A stretch of DNA of 64,000 nt from sequence record MT586120.1. The stretch is one strand, 5' to 3'. A model generated the notes under the pieces. That model did no database searches. It saw nothing but the letters and a program-made list of their open reading frames with translations, and was not told the origin of the DNA. Numbering within the stretch: position 1 is the first letter of the stretch; the number at the start of each line of letters is the position of its first letter. The position numbers were made by a program, and so were the translations under genes. Shown here piece by piece: positions 10,145 through 20,393 of the stretch.

Positions 10145-12229
10145 ATGAGACTCTATTTCGGCAGAATTGCTCCCACTAAACCACAACAACAGCAAGTAGC
10201 TGGTGGTGGATGGGCTTGGAGATATAAAGTTCGTATCTTTGATAAGCATCCCCCTGATAAAAATGTTTTACCTGATGAGAACCTTCCTTGGGCACAAGTT
10301 CTAATGCCCGTAACTGCTGGTTCTGGTGCCGCAAATTATGCCCAGACTCCATCACTAAATCAGGGTGATACTGTTAGTATCGCATATTATGATGAAGATG
10401 AACAGCAACCAATTATTACAGGCGTGCTACCGAGGACAGAATCTGTATCAACATCAGAGCCCGTAGATACTGGTAAAACTGGGTACACTCCATCAACAGG
10501 ATTCACGGAGAATAAGCCACAAAATAGCAAAACACCATCTGACGAGTCAAATGAAAACAATGTAAATAGTCAGCCATCAAATAGACCTGATCAACTAGCA
10601 GCTGCTGTTGGTAGTAGTGCTGCTTTGGCTGATACTTGTGATCCCAATGCATACAAGACAACAGCAGTAGCAACGGAGATTAACAACCTACTAAATGAGA
10701 TTGGTAAGTTTTCCGATCAAGCATCTCGTGTTGAGTCTATGATCGCGGGTACAATTGATCGTGTCCACGCACTAGTCAATCCATATGTTGGAGAGATGTT
10801 CTTCAATCTATATGAAGCTCTTGTTCCTGTATTGAATGCTGGATTATCTGCTTTATATAAGAAAGTATATTCTATTGTATTGGCATCAACTGGGAGCCCG
10901 ATCAAAGCCAAACTAGCAGCAGAGGCAGCTCTAATTGCCCTTATACCACCTATTCAGGCACTACAAGAGGCAATTCAGTTACTAGCTAATGCCGTTGTTA
11001 CTGGAATGTTGAGTAAAGTTGAGGATTTGATTAGAGATACTATTGAAAATAACGATCAGTTTACTAGTTGTGCTGGTACACAATTTAACGGTGCTCTAGT
11101 CAATTCAATCATTAACGATATTGATGATGGTATCGGTCCACTTATTGCGGCAGTATCTGCTATTTTGAGTGGTGGATTTGCTACGGCAGACGCAATCAGA
11201 TCAAGCTTGGATATTATTAGAGACTTTGCTGGTGGACTACTCGGTAAAAATCAGGGTGGTAATAAGTGTGGAGGTTTGGTTAAAGAGTATGTTATTGGTG
11301 TTGGACCAAAGAAAGATGTTGGTGATATTTTGAGTAATGTATTAGCCCAAGCAAATATGGCTAATGCTGCAGTTAATAGTGCTATTGGAGTTATTGATTC
11401 TGTTGGGGGTATTGTAGATTCTACGAATAGCCTAACGAGACAGTTTGGAGACTTCCCATTCCTAAGTGAATTCTCCGAAGCTAATAGCCCACTAAAAGAG
11501 TGTTCCACAGAACCACCAAAAACTTGCTATGCCCCAGAAGTTTTTATTTTCGGTGGTAGAGGTGAAGGAGCAAAGGCAACTGCTTATGTTGGTCGCTATG
11601 TTGATAGTGATGATGGAAGGACCGTTACTAATAAGAGGGGTGGTGTTGTTTCTATCAAGGTAGATGATGGTGGGAGTGGGTATGTTTATCCACCATTCGT
11701 TGAGATTAGAGACAACTGCAACCTAGGTATTGGTGGAGTCGCTAGATCAGTTATTAAAAATGGTAAAGTTATCAAGATTTACATAGTTACTCCTGGTGAG
11801 GGATACCCATCTGCCGGTCAGGAGTTGTTTGTTGTTGATGATGTTGAGGTTATAAGTGGTGGATCTGGATATGTTCCTGGTATTGTGCAGGATCAATATG
11901 GTGGTGAATACGAAGTAATCGTTGATGATGGTAGAGTAGTTACAATACTACCAATAAACATTATCCAAGTCCCCGATATTCCAGTTATCAAAATACCACG
12001 GATCAGCCCTGAAATACCACCAGGAGGTATTCTAAATAATGGTAAGATTTATGATGCTTCTGGTGCATTCTTTGCTGATGCTGTTATTGGTAATGGACTA
12101 ACATTCAAGCCAGTTCTAGTTCCATTACCAACGGCAGAACAAATTGCATCAGGTGATGTATCAGATAATATCACCCCAAGACTTCTACAAACAGAAGTTG
12201 TCCAAGTTATTGACTGTGTGGAGGATTGA
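10145..12229 (+). CDS. gp5: baseplate hub/central spike protein, N-terminal OB part
   Basis: RYKVRIF.KH..D...LPWAQVLMPVTAG..QGDTV...QQPIITGVL. Confidence 0.8.
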   Translation: MRLYFGRIAPTKPQQQQVAGGGWAWRYKVRIFDKHPPDKNVLPDENLPWAQVLMPVTAGSGAANYAQTPSLNQGDTVSIAYYDEDEQQPIITGVLPRTESVSTSEPVDTGKTGYTPSTGFTENKPQNSKTPSDESNENNVNSQPSNRPDQLAAAVGSSAALADTCDPNAYKTTAVATEINNLLNEIGKFSDQASRVESMIAGTIDRVHALVNPYVGEMFFNLYEALVPVLNAGLSALYKKVYSIVLASTGSPIKAKLAAEAALIALIPPIQALQEAIQLLANAVVTGMLSKVEDLIRDTIENNDQFTSCAGTQFNGALVNSIINDIDDGIGPLIAAVSAILSGGFATADAIRSSLDIIRDFAGGLLGKNQGGNKCGGLVKEYVIGVGPKKDVGDILSNVLAQANMANAAVNSAIGVIDSVGGIVDSTNSLTRQFGDFPFLSEFSEANSPLKECSTEPPKTCYAPEVFIFGGRGEGAKATAYVGRYVDSDDGRTVTNKRGGVVSIKVDDGGSGYVYPPFVEIRDNCNLGIGGVARSVIKNGKVIKIYIVTPGEGYPSAGQELFVVDDVEVISGGSGYVPGIVQDQYGGEYEVIVDDGRVVTILPINIIQVPDIPVIKIPRISPEIPPGGILNNGKIYDASGAFFADAVIGNGLTFKPVLVPLPTAEQIASGDVSDNITPRLLQTEVVQVIDCVED

Positions 12230-12231
12230 TC

Positions 12232-12870
12232 ATGGCTGCTAATTGGGAAAAGAGATCACTACATAGTTTTGGTTCAAACTTTAGGTTGGACATATGTAAT
12301 CCGCAGACTACAACATCAGGTAATCAAATCTATGAGTTGTATGCTGTTACTGATGAAGAAGAGGATGTAAGTCTTATTGGTTTAGGTGAGGACGGTAAAT
12401 TCCACTTATATAATGATAAGACTATTGAGATCGTTGGCGGTCAAAAAGCATCATCAAATGGTATAGATATTCTCATTCAAGGTAAGAATGGTGATGTATG
12501 TATCAATGCCGATAGAAATGGACGCATCCGTATTCGTGGTAAGGACATTGTATTACAGGCTGATGAGGATGTAGATATTGTTGCTGGTAGAAACATCAAC
12601 TTGAAATCCGGTTCTGGTCGTGTTCTTATTTCAGGGAACACCTTGGAGAAGACTGGATTGAAAGGCAATTTACTTGACCCATCCGCACAATGGGCATTTA
12701 GAGTATTTGAAGGAACAGGTCTCCCAGCAGGTTCATTTGCACAATTAGCGTCACCATTCTCCGGTATTTCTAATTTAGCTGGTGATCTAATCAAAAATCC
12801 CAATTTATTTTCTGGGTTCGTTCAAGGTGCTGTTAGTAACGCTATTGCTTCAGCATCCTCTTTTGTATAG
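12232..12870 (+). CDS. gp5 C-terminal beta-helix-like spike protein
   Basis: Beta-repeat pattern GDVCINA..NGRIRIRGKDIVLQADEDVDIVAGRNINL; directly after gp5. Confidence 0.65.
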   Translation: MAANWEKRSLHSFGSNFRLDICNPQTTTSGNQIYELYAVTDEEEDVSLIGLGEDGKFHLYNDKTIEIVGGQKASSNGIDILIQGKNGDVCINADRNGRIRIRGKDIVLQADEDVDIVAGRNINLKSGSGRVLISGNTLEKTGLKGNLLDPSAQWAFRVFEGTGLPAGSFAQLASPFSGISNLAGDLIKNPNLFSGFVQGAVSNAIASASSFV

Positions 12871-12910
12871 TGCCTAAATATAGCAGCACCCGTTTTATTA
12901 TTGTTTAGTA

Positions 12911-15900
12911 ATGTCTATTCAATTTCCAGCAAATCCAACAATTGGTCAAACATTTACAGATCCTGTAACTAATATCACTTACTATTGGAGTGGTAGTTAT
13001 TGGTCTGCTCAAGGTCCCGGAACTGGTATTGGAGCCACAGGCGCTTCAGGTTCCGTTGGACCCACTGGTTCTGGTGCTACGGGTGCGTCAGGTATTCCTG
13101 GTCCTAGGGGAAAGACTGGATCAACAGGTCCTAAAGGAGATAAGGGAGATAGAGGTTTTATTGGATTGACTGGCGCAACTGGTCCCGATGGATCACCTGG
13201 TGGTGCTACTGGTCCTCAAGGTGAGTTGGGTTCTACTGGTGCTACTGGTACTGTTGGACCTCTAGGTTCTACTGGTGCTACTGGTATTAGAGGTCTTACA
13301 GGTGATCCAGGTGGTGCTACTGGTGCTACTGGTATTGCAGGTCTTACTGGAAATCAGGGTGCTACTGGTATTCAGGGTCCTATTGGTGATCCAGGTGGTG
13401 CTACTGGTGCTACTGGCGTTCAGGGACCACAGGGAGCAACTGGATCTGGTGCTACTGGTGTCCGAGGAGCAACTGGTGAGCAAGGACTAACTGGACCACA
13501 GGGTGATCCTGGTGGTGCTACTGGTGCTACAGGTCCTCAAGGTTTTATTGGCGCTACTGGTATTGGTGCTACTGGAGCCACTGGTATTCAGGGACCACAG
13601 GGAGCTACTGGTGTTCAGGGTCCACAGGGAGATAGTATTACTGGAGCAACTGGTCCTTTCGGTCCTGGCGGACTACCTGGAGCTACTGGATTAACTGGTC
13701 CCACTGGTCCACAGGGAGCTACTGGTGTTGGTGCTAGTGGTGCTACTGGTATTCAGGGTGATCCTGGTGGAGCTACTGGTGCTACTGGTGTTCTTGGTTC
13801 TACTGGAGCAACTGGACTCACTGGAGCTACGGGTGAGTTGGGTGCTACTGGACCACAAGGACAGCCGTCATTGGTTCCTGGACCTGATGGCTCTACGGGT
13901 TCTACTGGTCCTATTGGTCCTGTTGGTGCTACTGGTGTTGGTGCTACTGGTGCTACTGGTATTAATGGTCCTCCTGGTCCAAGAGGGCTTACTGGTCCTA
14001 CAGGTGCTACTGGGGTTGTTGGTCCTTCAGGTGGTATTACAGCTCAATGGGACGCTAATGTATCTGTTCTAAATGCTAACAACGCTGCCCTTATCGCAGA
14101 CTCCACAGGTTCTAATCTAAAAATATTTAAAGTATCAAAATTTGATCAAGGTTTTGGTGATCAAACAGCATTCTTAAGTGGATTGGTGCGGGGAAATACA
14201 ATCACACTAGCTTCTGGTACTGGATCTTATATCTTTGAGGTCAAGGCTAATAGTGGTCTAGTCAATTCTGCTGGCGTTGAATGCTTCACCATCTTGGTTG
14301 AATCAACGGGTGGTAGTGGAGTACTTGATGCAGGTACAATCACACTAACCAAGACAGTAACCAGTGCAACATTCGCATTCTCTACGGCATCAATTGCATA
14401 TCCTAGTGCTGATGGTGATTTAACAATTGACTATAACTTTGAGTTCAACGGATATCCAAAGTATGTCGCATTCTCCCCAACAGATGTTTTGGGTGAAAAT
14501 GTATCACAATTCTTCTTTGATCCTTTAGCCAATAGCCCAAACTTCACAGAGTTCTACTTCCAAGCACAAATCAGTGGTTCTATTAACGACTTCAGGTTCA
14601 ATGTACGGGGTGGTAATTACTACGCAGATATTAACTCTTGGTTATATGTTGGTGAAGTAGAGACTTTATATGAAGTTCCTGTAGGTAGTGCTGATAATAT
14701 CTCTGCTATTTGGAATGTTCAGGTTGCTGCTGTAGCTACGGGTGCTACTGGTCTTCCTGGTAATCCAGGTGGAGCCACTGGTGCTACTGGCGCTCAAGGT
14801 GTTGCAGGTTCTCCTGGTGGGTCCACTGGTGCTACTGGTCTTCAAGGTATTGCTGGTTTAGATGGAGCAACAGGTCCACAAGGTGCTGCTGGTCTTCCTG
14901 GTATTCAAGGTGATCCAGGTGGTGCTACTGGTGCTACTGGATTTACTGGTGCTATTGGAGCTACTGGTATTGATGGGATAGTTGGAACAACTGGAGCCAC
15001 TGGTCCTCAAGGCGATCCTGGTGGTGCTACTGGTGCTACTGGTCTTCAAGGTTCAACTGGTTTAGGTGCTACTGGCGCTACAGGTCCTCAAGGTGATCCT
15101 GGTGGTGCTACTGGTCCTCAAGGTCTACAAGGAAATCCTGGTACAAATGGTATTCCTGGTGATCCTGGTACAAATGGATTGAACGGGTCTACAGGTGCTA
15201 CAGGTCCACAAGGTACATTTGGATTAACGGGTGCTACTGGATTAACTGGTCCCACGGGTCTTGGTGAGCTTGGTGGTACAGGTGCTACTGGTGCTACAGG
15301 TCTTCCTGGTGCTGGCGGTACTCCTGGTTCTGATGGTGAGATTGGAGCTACTGGTCTTCAAGGTACACAAGGTGTGGATGGTGTACAAGGTACTGAAGGA
15401 TTGGTTGGGGCTACTGGTCCTATTGGTCCACAAGGTCCAGCAAGTGGTGCTACAGGTGCTACTGGCTCTATTGGTCCACGGGGTTCTACGGGTGATCAAG
15501 GCGAGCCTGGTCCTCCTGGTCCTTTCGGTGGTCCTGCTGGTCCTCCTGGTCCTCCTGGTCCTGGTGGCGGTCCTACTGGTGCTGATGGCGCTACGGGTGC
15601 TACAGGCTTAACTGGTCCTTCAGGTGAGAAAGGAGATGCTGGTTCAATTGGTGCTCCTGGATTTAGAGGATTTATTGGGTCTACAGGTGCTACTGGACTA
15701 CAAGGAACGACTGGACCTATTGGCTCCACTGGTGCTACTGGCGTATTTGGATCTACTGGGGCAACTGGTCCTGTAGGAGCCACGGGGATAAGTGTAACTG
15801 GCTCAACTGGTGCTACTGGACCCCAAGGTTCTACGGGTATATTTGGTTCTACTGGTGCTACTGGTGTATTTGGTTCTACTGGGGCAACTGGTCCTTCTGG

Positions 15901-17548
15901 TCCAACGGGTGCTACTGGTGTATTTGGTGCTACTGGTTCTACTGGTGTAGCAGGTGCTACGGGTTCTCTTGGCGCTACTGGAGCAACAGGAGTTCTTGGT
16001 TCCACTGGCGCTACTGGTATAGATGGATCAACAGGTGCTACTGGCTCTCTCGGTGCTACTGGAGCAACAGGTGTTCTTGGATCCACTGGGGCAACAGGTC
16101 CTCAAGGTGCTACTGGTTCTCTTGGTGCGACTGGTGCAACGGGTGTTCTTGGATCTACAGGAGCTACTGGTTCTCAAGGTGCTACTGGTTCTCTTGGCGC
16201 TACTGGACCCATAGGTTCTACAGGAGCTACTGGAATTGGAGCTACAGGATCCACAGGAGTTCCTGGTGCTACAGGTTCCACAGGACCCATAGGTTCCACA
16301 GGAGCTACTGGTATAGGTGCTACGGGAGCCACGGGAGTTCCTGGTGCTACAGGTGCTACTGGTCTTCTAGGTTCCACAGGAGCTACTGGTATCGGAGCCA
16401 CTGGTCCTACAGGAGCTACTGGTCCTCTTGGGTCCACTGGTGCTACTGGTCCTGTTGGTGCTACTGGTATTCCTGGTCCTCCTGGTCCTGGTGGTGGAGA
16501 TCCTGGTCCCCCAGGTCCTGGTGGCGGTGCTACTGGTGCTAATAATATCTCTGCTATTTGGAATGTTCAGGTTGCTGCTGTAGCTACGGGTGCTACTGGT
16601 CTTCCTGGTAATCCAGGTGGAGCCACTGGTGCTACTGGCGCTCAAGGTGTTGCAGGTTCTCCTGGTGGGTCCACTGGTGCTACTGGTCCTGTTGGTGCTA
16701 CTGGTATTCCTGGTCCTCCTGGTCCTGGTGGTGGAGATCCTGGTCCCCCAGGTCCTGGTGGCGGTGCTACTGGTGCTACAGGTCCCGCAGGTGCTACGGG
16801 TATTCAGGGGGCTACTGGTTTAGGTGCTACTGGTGCTACTGGTGTTTTTGATAATACTAGTGATATCAATACTAGTGGGAACATTACTGCTGCTACTATC
16901 ACTGCTACTGTTAAGTTTGATGGTGATCTAGAAGGCAATGCTGATACTGCTACGGTATCAACTAACTCTAATATTGTTACCGCTACTGGCTCCACCGAGC
17001 ATAGGGTGATTATCGTTGATGGTGATACAGGAGATCTTGGATTGGAGAGTGATAGTAATCTCACATTCAATCCAAATACAAATACTCTCACCGCTGGTAG
17101 TTTCGTTGGCGGTGGTGTTATTTCTGGCTTCGTACAGAACAGCACTACTACAAGAGTTCAAACTAGTAGTACTAACTGGGCAAGTACCACATTATCTGCC
17201 ACCATCAATAAAAAAACTGTAGATAGTTCTATTCTTATTATGGTGAATCAGAATTACTTGATCAGTAACGTTATTGGTAGTTTTAGGATTATGAGGGGGA
17301 CAACTCCAATTTTCGCTGTTGATGGTGATATTGGGTTAATTAACAATACAACTGGAAATCCAATTGTTTCAACAACAGCAGTTGCTTCTAGGTGGGCAGC
17401 TACCTTTATCGACACAACTCTAACTTCTGGTAATATCACATACTCAACAGAGTTTAGAAAGAGTTCTGGCGGTAGTGGAGCAACAGAATACCTTGTTGTT
17501 CAAAGTGCGAATATTGAGAGTTTGATTCAGGTGATTGAAATCTCATAG
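12911..17548 (+). CDS. collagen-like tail fibre/virion fibre protein
   Basis: N-terminal [13 protein letters not shown] anchor; long G-X-Y and GATG repeat tracts; two globular domains; late promoter CTAAATA near 12874. Confidence 0.88.
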   Translation: MSIQFPANPTIGQTFTDPVTNITYYWSGSYWSAQGPGTGIGATGASGSVGPTGSGATGASGIPGPRGKTGSTGPKGDKGDRGFIGLTGATGPDGSPGGATGPQGELGSTGATGTVGPLGSTGATGIRGLTGDPGGATGATGIAGLTGNQGATGIQGPIGDPGGATGATGVQGPQGATGSGATGVRGATGEQGLTGPQGDPGGATGATGPQGFIGATGIGATGATGIQGPQGATGVQGPQGDSITGATGPFGPGGLPGATGLTGPTGPQGATGVGASGATGIQGDPGGATGATGVLGSTGATGLTGATGELGATGPQGQPSLVPGPDGSTGSTGPIGPVGATGVGATGATGINGPPGPRGLTGPTGATGVVGPSGGITAQWDANVSVLNANNAALIADSTGSNLKIFKVSKFDQGFGDQTAFLSGLVRGNTITLASGTGSYIFEVKANSGLVNSAGVECFTILVESTGGSGVLDAGTITLTKTVTSATFAFSTASIAYPSADGDLTIDYNFEFNGYPKYVAFSPTDVLGENVSQFFFDPLANSPNFTEFYFQAQISGSINDFRFNVRGGNYYADINSWLYVGEVETLYEVPVGSADNISAIWNVQVAAVATGATGLPGNPGGATGATGAQGVAGSPGGSTGATGLQGIAGLDGATGPQGAAGLPGIQGDPGGATGATGFTGAIGATGIDGIVGTTGATGPQGDPGGATGATGLQGSTGLGATGATGPQGDPGGATGPQGLQGNPGTNGIPGDPGTNGLNGSTGATGPQGTFGLTGATGLTGPTGLGELGGTGATGATGLPGAGGTPGSDGEIGATGLQGTQGVDGVQGTEGLVGATGPIGPQGPASGATGATGSIGPRGSTGDQGEPGPPGPFGGPAGPPGPPGPGGGPTGADGATGATGLTGPSGEKGDAGSIGAPGFRGFIGSTGATGLQGTTGPIGSTGATGVFGSTGATGPVGATGISVTGSTGATGPQGSTGIFGSTGATGVFGSTGATGPSGPTGATGVFGATGSTGVAGATGSLGATGATGVLGSTGATGIDGSTGATGSLGATGATGVLGSTGATGPQGATGSLGATGATGVLGSTGATGSQGATGSLGATGPIGSTGATGIGATGSTGVPGATGSTGPIGSTGATGIGATGATGVPGATGATGLLGSTGATGIGATGPTGATGPLGSTGATGPVGATGIPGPPGPGGGDPGPPGPGGGATGANNISAIWNVQVAAVATGATGLPGNPGGATGATGAQGVAGSPGGSTGATGPVGATGIPGPPGPGGGDPGPPGPGGGATGATGPAGATGIQGATGLGATGATGVFDNTSDINTSGNITAATITATVKFDGDLEGNADTATVSTNSNIVTATGSTEHRVIIVDGDTGDLGLESDSNLTFNPNTNTLTAGSFVGGGVISGFVQNSTTTRVQTSSTNWASTTLSATINKKTVDSSILIMVNQNYLISNVIGSFRIMRGTTPIFAVDGDIGLINNTTGNPIVSTTAVASRWAATFIDTTLTSGNITYSTEFRKSSGGSGATEYLVVQSANIESLIQVIEIS
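14694..14840 (+). repeat. 147-bp segment duplicated exactly at 16542-16688
   Basis: Base-by-base identity; encodes [26 protein letters not shown]... Confidence 0.9.
16429..16778 (+). repeat. 113-bp direct repeats (16429-16541, 16666-16778) flanking the duplicated segment
   Basis: Identical by eye, 237-bp offset. Confidence 0.88.
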
Positions 17549-17587
17549 GAATATGGTATAATAGATACTATAATATAGTTGTTTATT

Positions 17588-18661
17588 ATGCGATTTCATA
17601 TTCTGGGTTTGCCCCACACAGTATCCAGTAAAGAATATGTTGCCTGTGCTTATACCCAAAAGGTAGTAAAGTTCGGCAAAATGATGAAGGAACGTGGTCA
17701 CGAGATAATTCACTATGGTCACGAAGATAGTGATCTAGTATGCGATGAGCACGTCACTGTGACCACTAATGCCGACTTGGAGAAGGCATATGGTTCATAT
17801 GATTGGAGAAAGAACTTCTTCAAGTTCAATACAGGCGATCACGCATATCAAACATTTTATAAAAACGGGATTGAAGAAGTTGGAAAACGTAAGCAGAAGA
17901 ATGACTTTATTCTCCCTTTTTGGGGATCAGGTACTCGCCCTATTTGTGATGCTCATCCTGACCTTATCACAGTAGAGCCTGGTATTGGCTACGCAGGAGG
18001 TCATTGGGCTAACTGGAAGATCTTTGAGAGCTACGCTATTATGCACGCTTATCAAGGTCTTGAATCTGTTGGTACTTGTAAGCAGAGCTGGTATGACGTT
18101 GTTATCCCAAACTATTTCGATTTAGAGGACTTTGAGTATGCGCCAGAGAATAAAGAGGATTATTTTCTATTTTTGGGTCGTGTATATGCTGGTAAAGGTA
18201 TTGATATTGCCGTCCAAGTAACCGAGAAGATTGGAGCCAAGCTAGTAGTAGCTGGACAGAACCCAGAGAACAGAACATTCCCACCACACGTTGAGTTTGT
18301 TGGCTATGCCGACGTAGAGACCCGTAAGAGGCTTATGAGCCGCGCCAAGGCATCTTTTGTAGCTTCCACCTACTTGGAGCCATTCGGTGGCGTACAGGTG
18401 GAGAACTTGCTCTCAGGCACCCCTACGATCACTACTGATTGGGGAGCATTCGTTGAGAACAACCCACACGGACTAACGGGATTCCGTTGCCGCACTTTTG
18501 CTGACTTTGTAGATGCCGCTAAAAACATTGATACTATTGCTCCTAGCGTATGTCGTACTTATGGTGAGCAGTTCGCCTTAGAGAATGTAGCACCACGATA
18601 TGAGAAGTTTTTCCAAGATGTTCTCAATGTATATACTGGTGAAGGCTGGTATCAACTATGA
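17588..18661 (+). CDS. GT-B (GT4-like) glycosyltransferase
   Basis: [23 protein letters not shown] (E-x7-E), [13 protein letters not shown]. Confidence 0.88.
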   Translation: MRFHILGLPHTVSSKEYVACAYTQKVVKFGKMMKERGHEIIHYGHEDSDLVCDEHVTVTTNADLEKAYGSYDWRKNFFKFNTGDHAYQTFYKNGIEEVGKRKQKNDFILPFWGSGTRPICDAHPDLITVEPGIGYAGGHWANWKIFESYAIMHAYQGLESVGTCKQSWYDVVIPNYFDLEDFEYAPENKEDYFLFLGRVYAGKGIDIAVQVTEKIGAKLVVAGQNPENRTFPPHVEFVGYADVETRKRLMSRAKASFVASTYLEPFGGVQVENLLSGTPTITTDWGAFVENNPHGLTGFRCRTFADFVDAAKNIDTIAPSVCRTYGEQFALENVAPRYEKFFQDVLNVYTGEGWYQL

Positions 18662-19560
18662 AGAGAATAGCATTCTTTACATATAATGAATGGGCTTTCG
18701 GGTCCATTCATAAAGCATTGATAAAGGAGCTATACAAAACTGGTATTGACTCTAATATCATTGATTGGAATGTCTCTTATAGTAGAGAAGAGTTCAATGC
18801 TTTTATGGATACATATGATGTATTTGTTACAGTACCAGGAAACGCAGTAACTGCTCTGCTATCCTATGGTGTTCCTTATAATAATATCATTGCTATTGCC
18901 CACGGTAGATATGATATACAATTTGGTTTAGCAGAAGGTAATGACTTTAATGCCTTCCGTGCTTATGGTGGGGTTAGTTTAGATTTAGCTAATTTTTCAC
19001 ATAAGAATGGAATAACCAAGGACTTCTATGTTGTCCGTAATGGTATTAACTTTGATGAGTTCTACCGTCCAGTAGCAGAACAACTAAATGTTATTGGTTA
19101 TTCGGGTGTTATTGAAAAGGAGAATCCACACTCCAATATAAAAGATTGGAAGCGTGGTTATCTAGTCAAAGAAATAGCATCTAAAACAGATACTAAGTTA
19201 CTTCTACCATCACAGAGGAGTCATCTAGCTATGGCTGCCTACTATAAGAATGTTGATTGCCTTATGGTATCATCCACAGAACAAGAATCTTGTGGTCTTC
19301 CACTATTAGAAGCTGCCGCAGCAGGTAGGCTACCCATATCAACTCTCACTGGTATCAATAGAGACTTTGAAGTTCCTACTGGCGTTATACTACCGATGGA
19401 AGAAGACCGTTATTTGTTTGCTGGTACAAATGCTATCAATACACTCAAAGAAAACCCCAAGTTCTTTAAGCAGCTATGTACAAATGCCCAAGATTTTGCT
19501 AGAATACATTACGATTGGTCAGTTGTTATAGACGGCTGGATTACTTTACTCACACAATAA
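18658..19560 (+). CDS. second GT-B glycosyltransferase
   Basis: [25 protein letters not shown] (E-x7-E), YDWSVV. Confidence 0.85.
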   Translation: MKRIAFFTYNEWAFGSIHKALIKELYKTGIDSNIIDWNVSYSREEFNAFMDTYDVFVTVPGNAVTALLSYGVPYNNIIAIAHGRYDIQFGLAEGNDFNAFRAYGGVSLDLANFSHKNGITKDFYVVRNGINFDEFYRPVAEQLNVIGYSGVIEKENPHSNIKDWKRGYLVKEIASKTDTKLLLPSQRSHLAMAAYYKNVDCLMVSSTEQESCGLPLLEAAAAGRLPISTLTGINRDFEVPTGVILPMEEDRYLFAGTNAINTLKENPKFFKQLCTNAQDFARIHYDWSVVIDGWITLLTQ

Positions 19561-19564
19561 TATT

Positions 19565-20161
19565 ATGCTTACTGATTTAATACAAGTTGTAGATTGCCTT
19601 ACACCAGAACAAACTCAAAGGTGTTTGGAATTGCTGGAAAATTATGAATGGACTCCAACTACCGTATTTGGTATGAGTGGTTGTGAAGTAAATCCTAATA
19701 TCCGTCTCAATGATAGAGTTTGTTTGAGTGATGTAGACGAGTGTGCTAAAATTATGCACGAGGGAATGAATGCATCTCTTCTTACATACAAAGATATTGT
19801 GGGTGGTATTAACCAGGAGTTCCAAAAGTATCCTGTCCCAGGCACATATAGAACAAATTGTTATAGGGAATCCATTCAAGTCCTCCGATATACAGAAGGT
19901 CAATACTATAAATGGCACTCTGACGAAGCCACTGATAGGACTATAAGCGAAGCTAATAGAACTATTTCTATGGTTCTATACCTAACAGATGACTTTGAGG
20001 GTGGTAGAACCCACTTTATCCACCGCCACTATAAGCCAAAAGCTGGTCAGGTATTAGTATTCCCATCTAACTGGTGCTTCCCACACGAGTGTGAGGTAAT
20101 CACCAAAGGAACTAAAATCGCAGCAGTTACTTGGTATCATTCACATTACAATTTTGACTAA
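19565..20161 (+). CDS. 2OG-Fe(II) oxygenase, prolyl 4-hydroxylase-like
   Basis: YKWHSD (HxD), ISMVLYL.DDFEGG.T.F, PKAGQVLVFPS...PHEC..ITKGTK. Confidence 0.9.
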   Translation: MLTDLIQVVDCLTPEQTQRCLELLENYEWTPTTVFGMSGCEVNPNIRLNDRVCLSDVDECAKIMHEGMNASLLTYKDIVGGINQEFQKYPVPGTYRTNCYRESIQVLRYTEGQYYKWHSDEATDRTISEANRTISMVLYLTDDFEGGRTHFIHRHYKPKAGQVLVFPSNWCFPHECEVITKGTKIAAVTWYHSHYNFD

Positions 20162-20352
20162 TGAGTAAAACTACACCCCAGACCGTCCACGAAGCACATC
20201 TAGCATCATTCAGTGGACGCTTAAATATGATTGCTGCCGCAGCACATTGTGGCTTAACATTACGAGAGTTTAAGATGACTTTCCGAGAGTTTTTGAAGTA
20301 TAATCCACCTTCATATAGCCCAGAAACCACTCTACAACTTGATCTATTTTAG
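20161..20352 (+). CDS. small hypothetical phage protein
   Basis: Coupled ORF; AAHCGLT.REFKMTFREF. Confidence 0.7.
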   Translation: MSKTTPQTVHEAHLASFSGRLNMIAAAAHCGLTLREFKMTFREFLKYNPPSYSPETTLQLDLF

Positions 20353-20393
20353 CCTGCTAAATATAGTAACAGTTTTATTATGGGTACGGAAAA

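Noticed and set aside
14694-16688. Diversity-generating retroelement TR/VR pair
   Set aside because: Copies are identical with no adenine-specific mismatches, and no reverse transcriptase is present.
13262-17222. Many alternative-frame and antisense ORFs in the collagen gene (Leu/Val-rich, PVAP-rich, Ser/Thr-rich)
   Set aside because: Shadows of the GGT-GCT-ACT repeat, which lacks stops in other frames.
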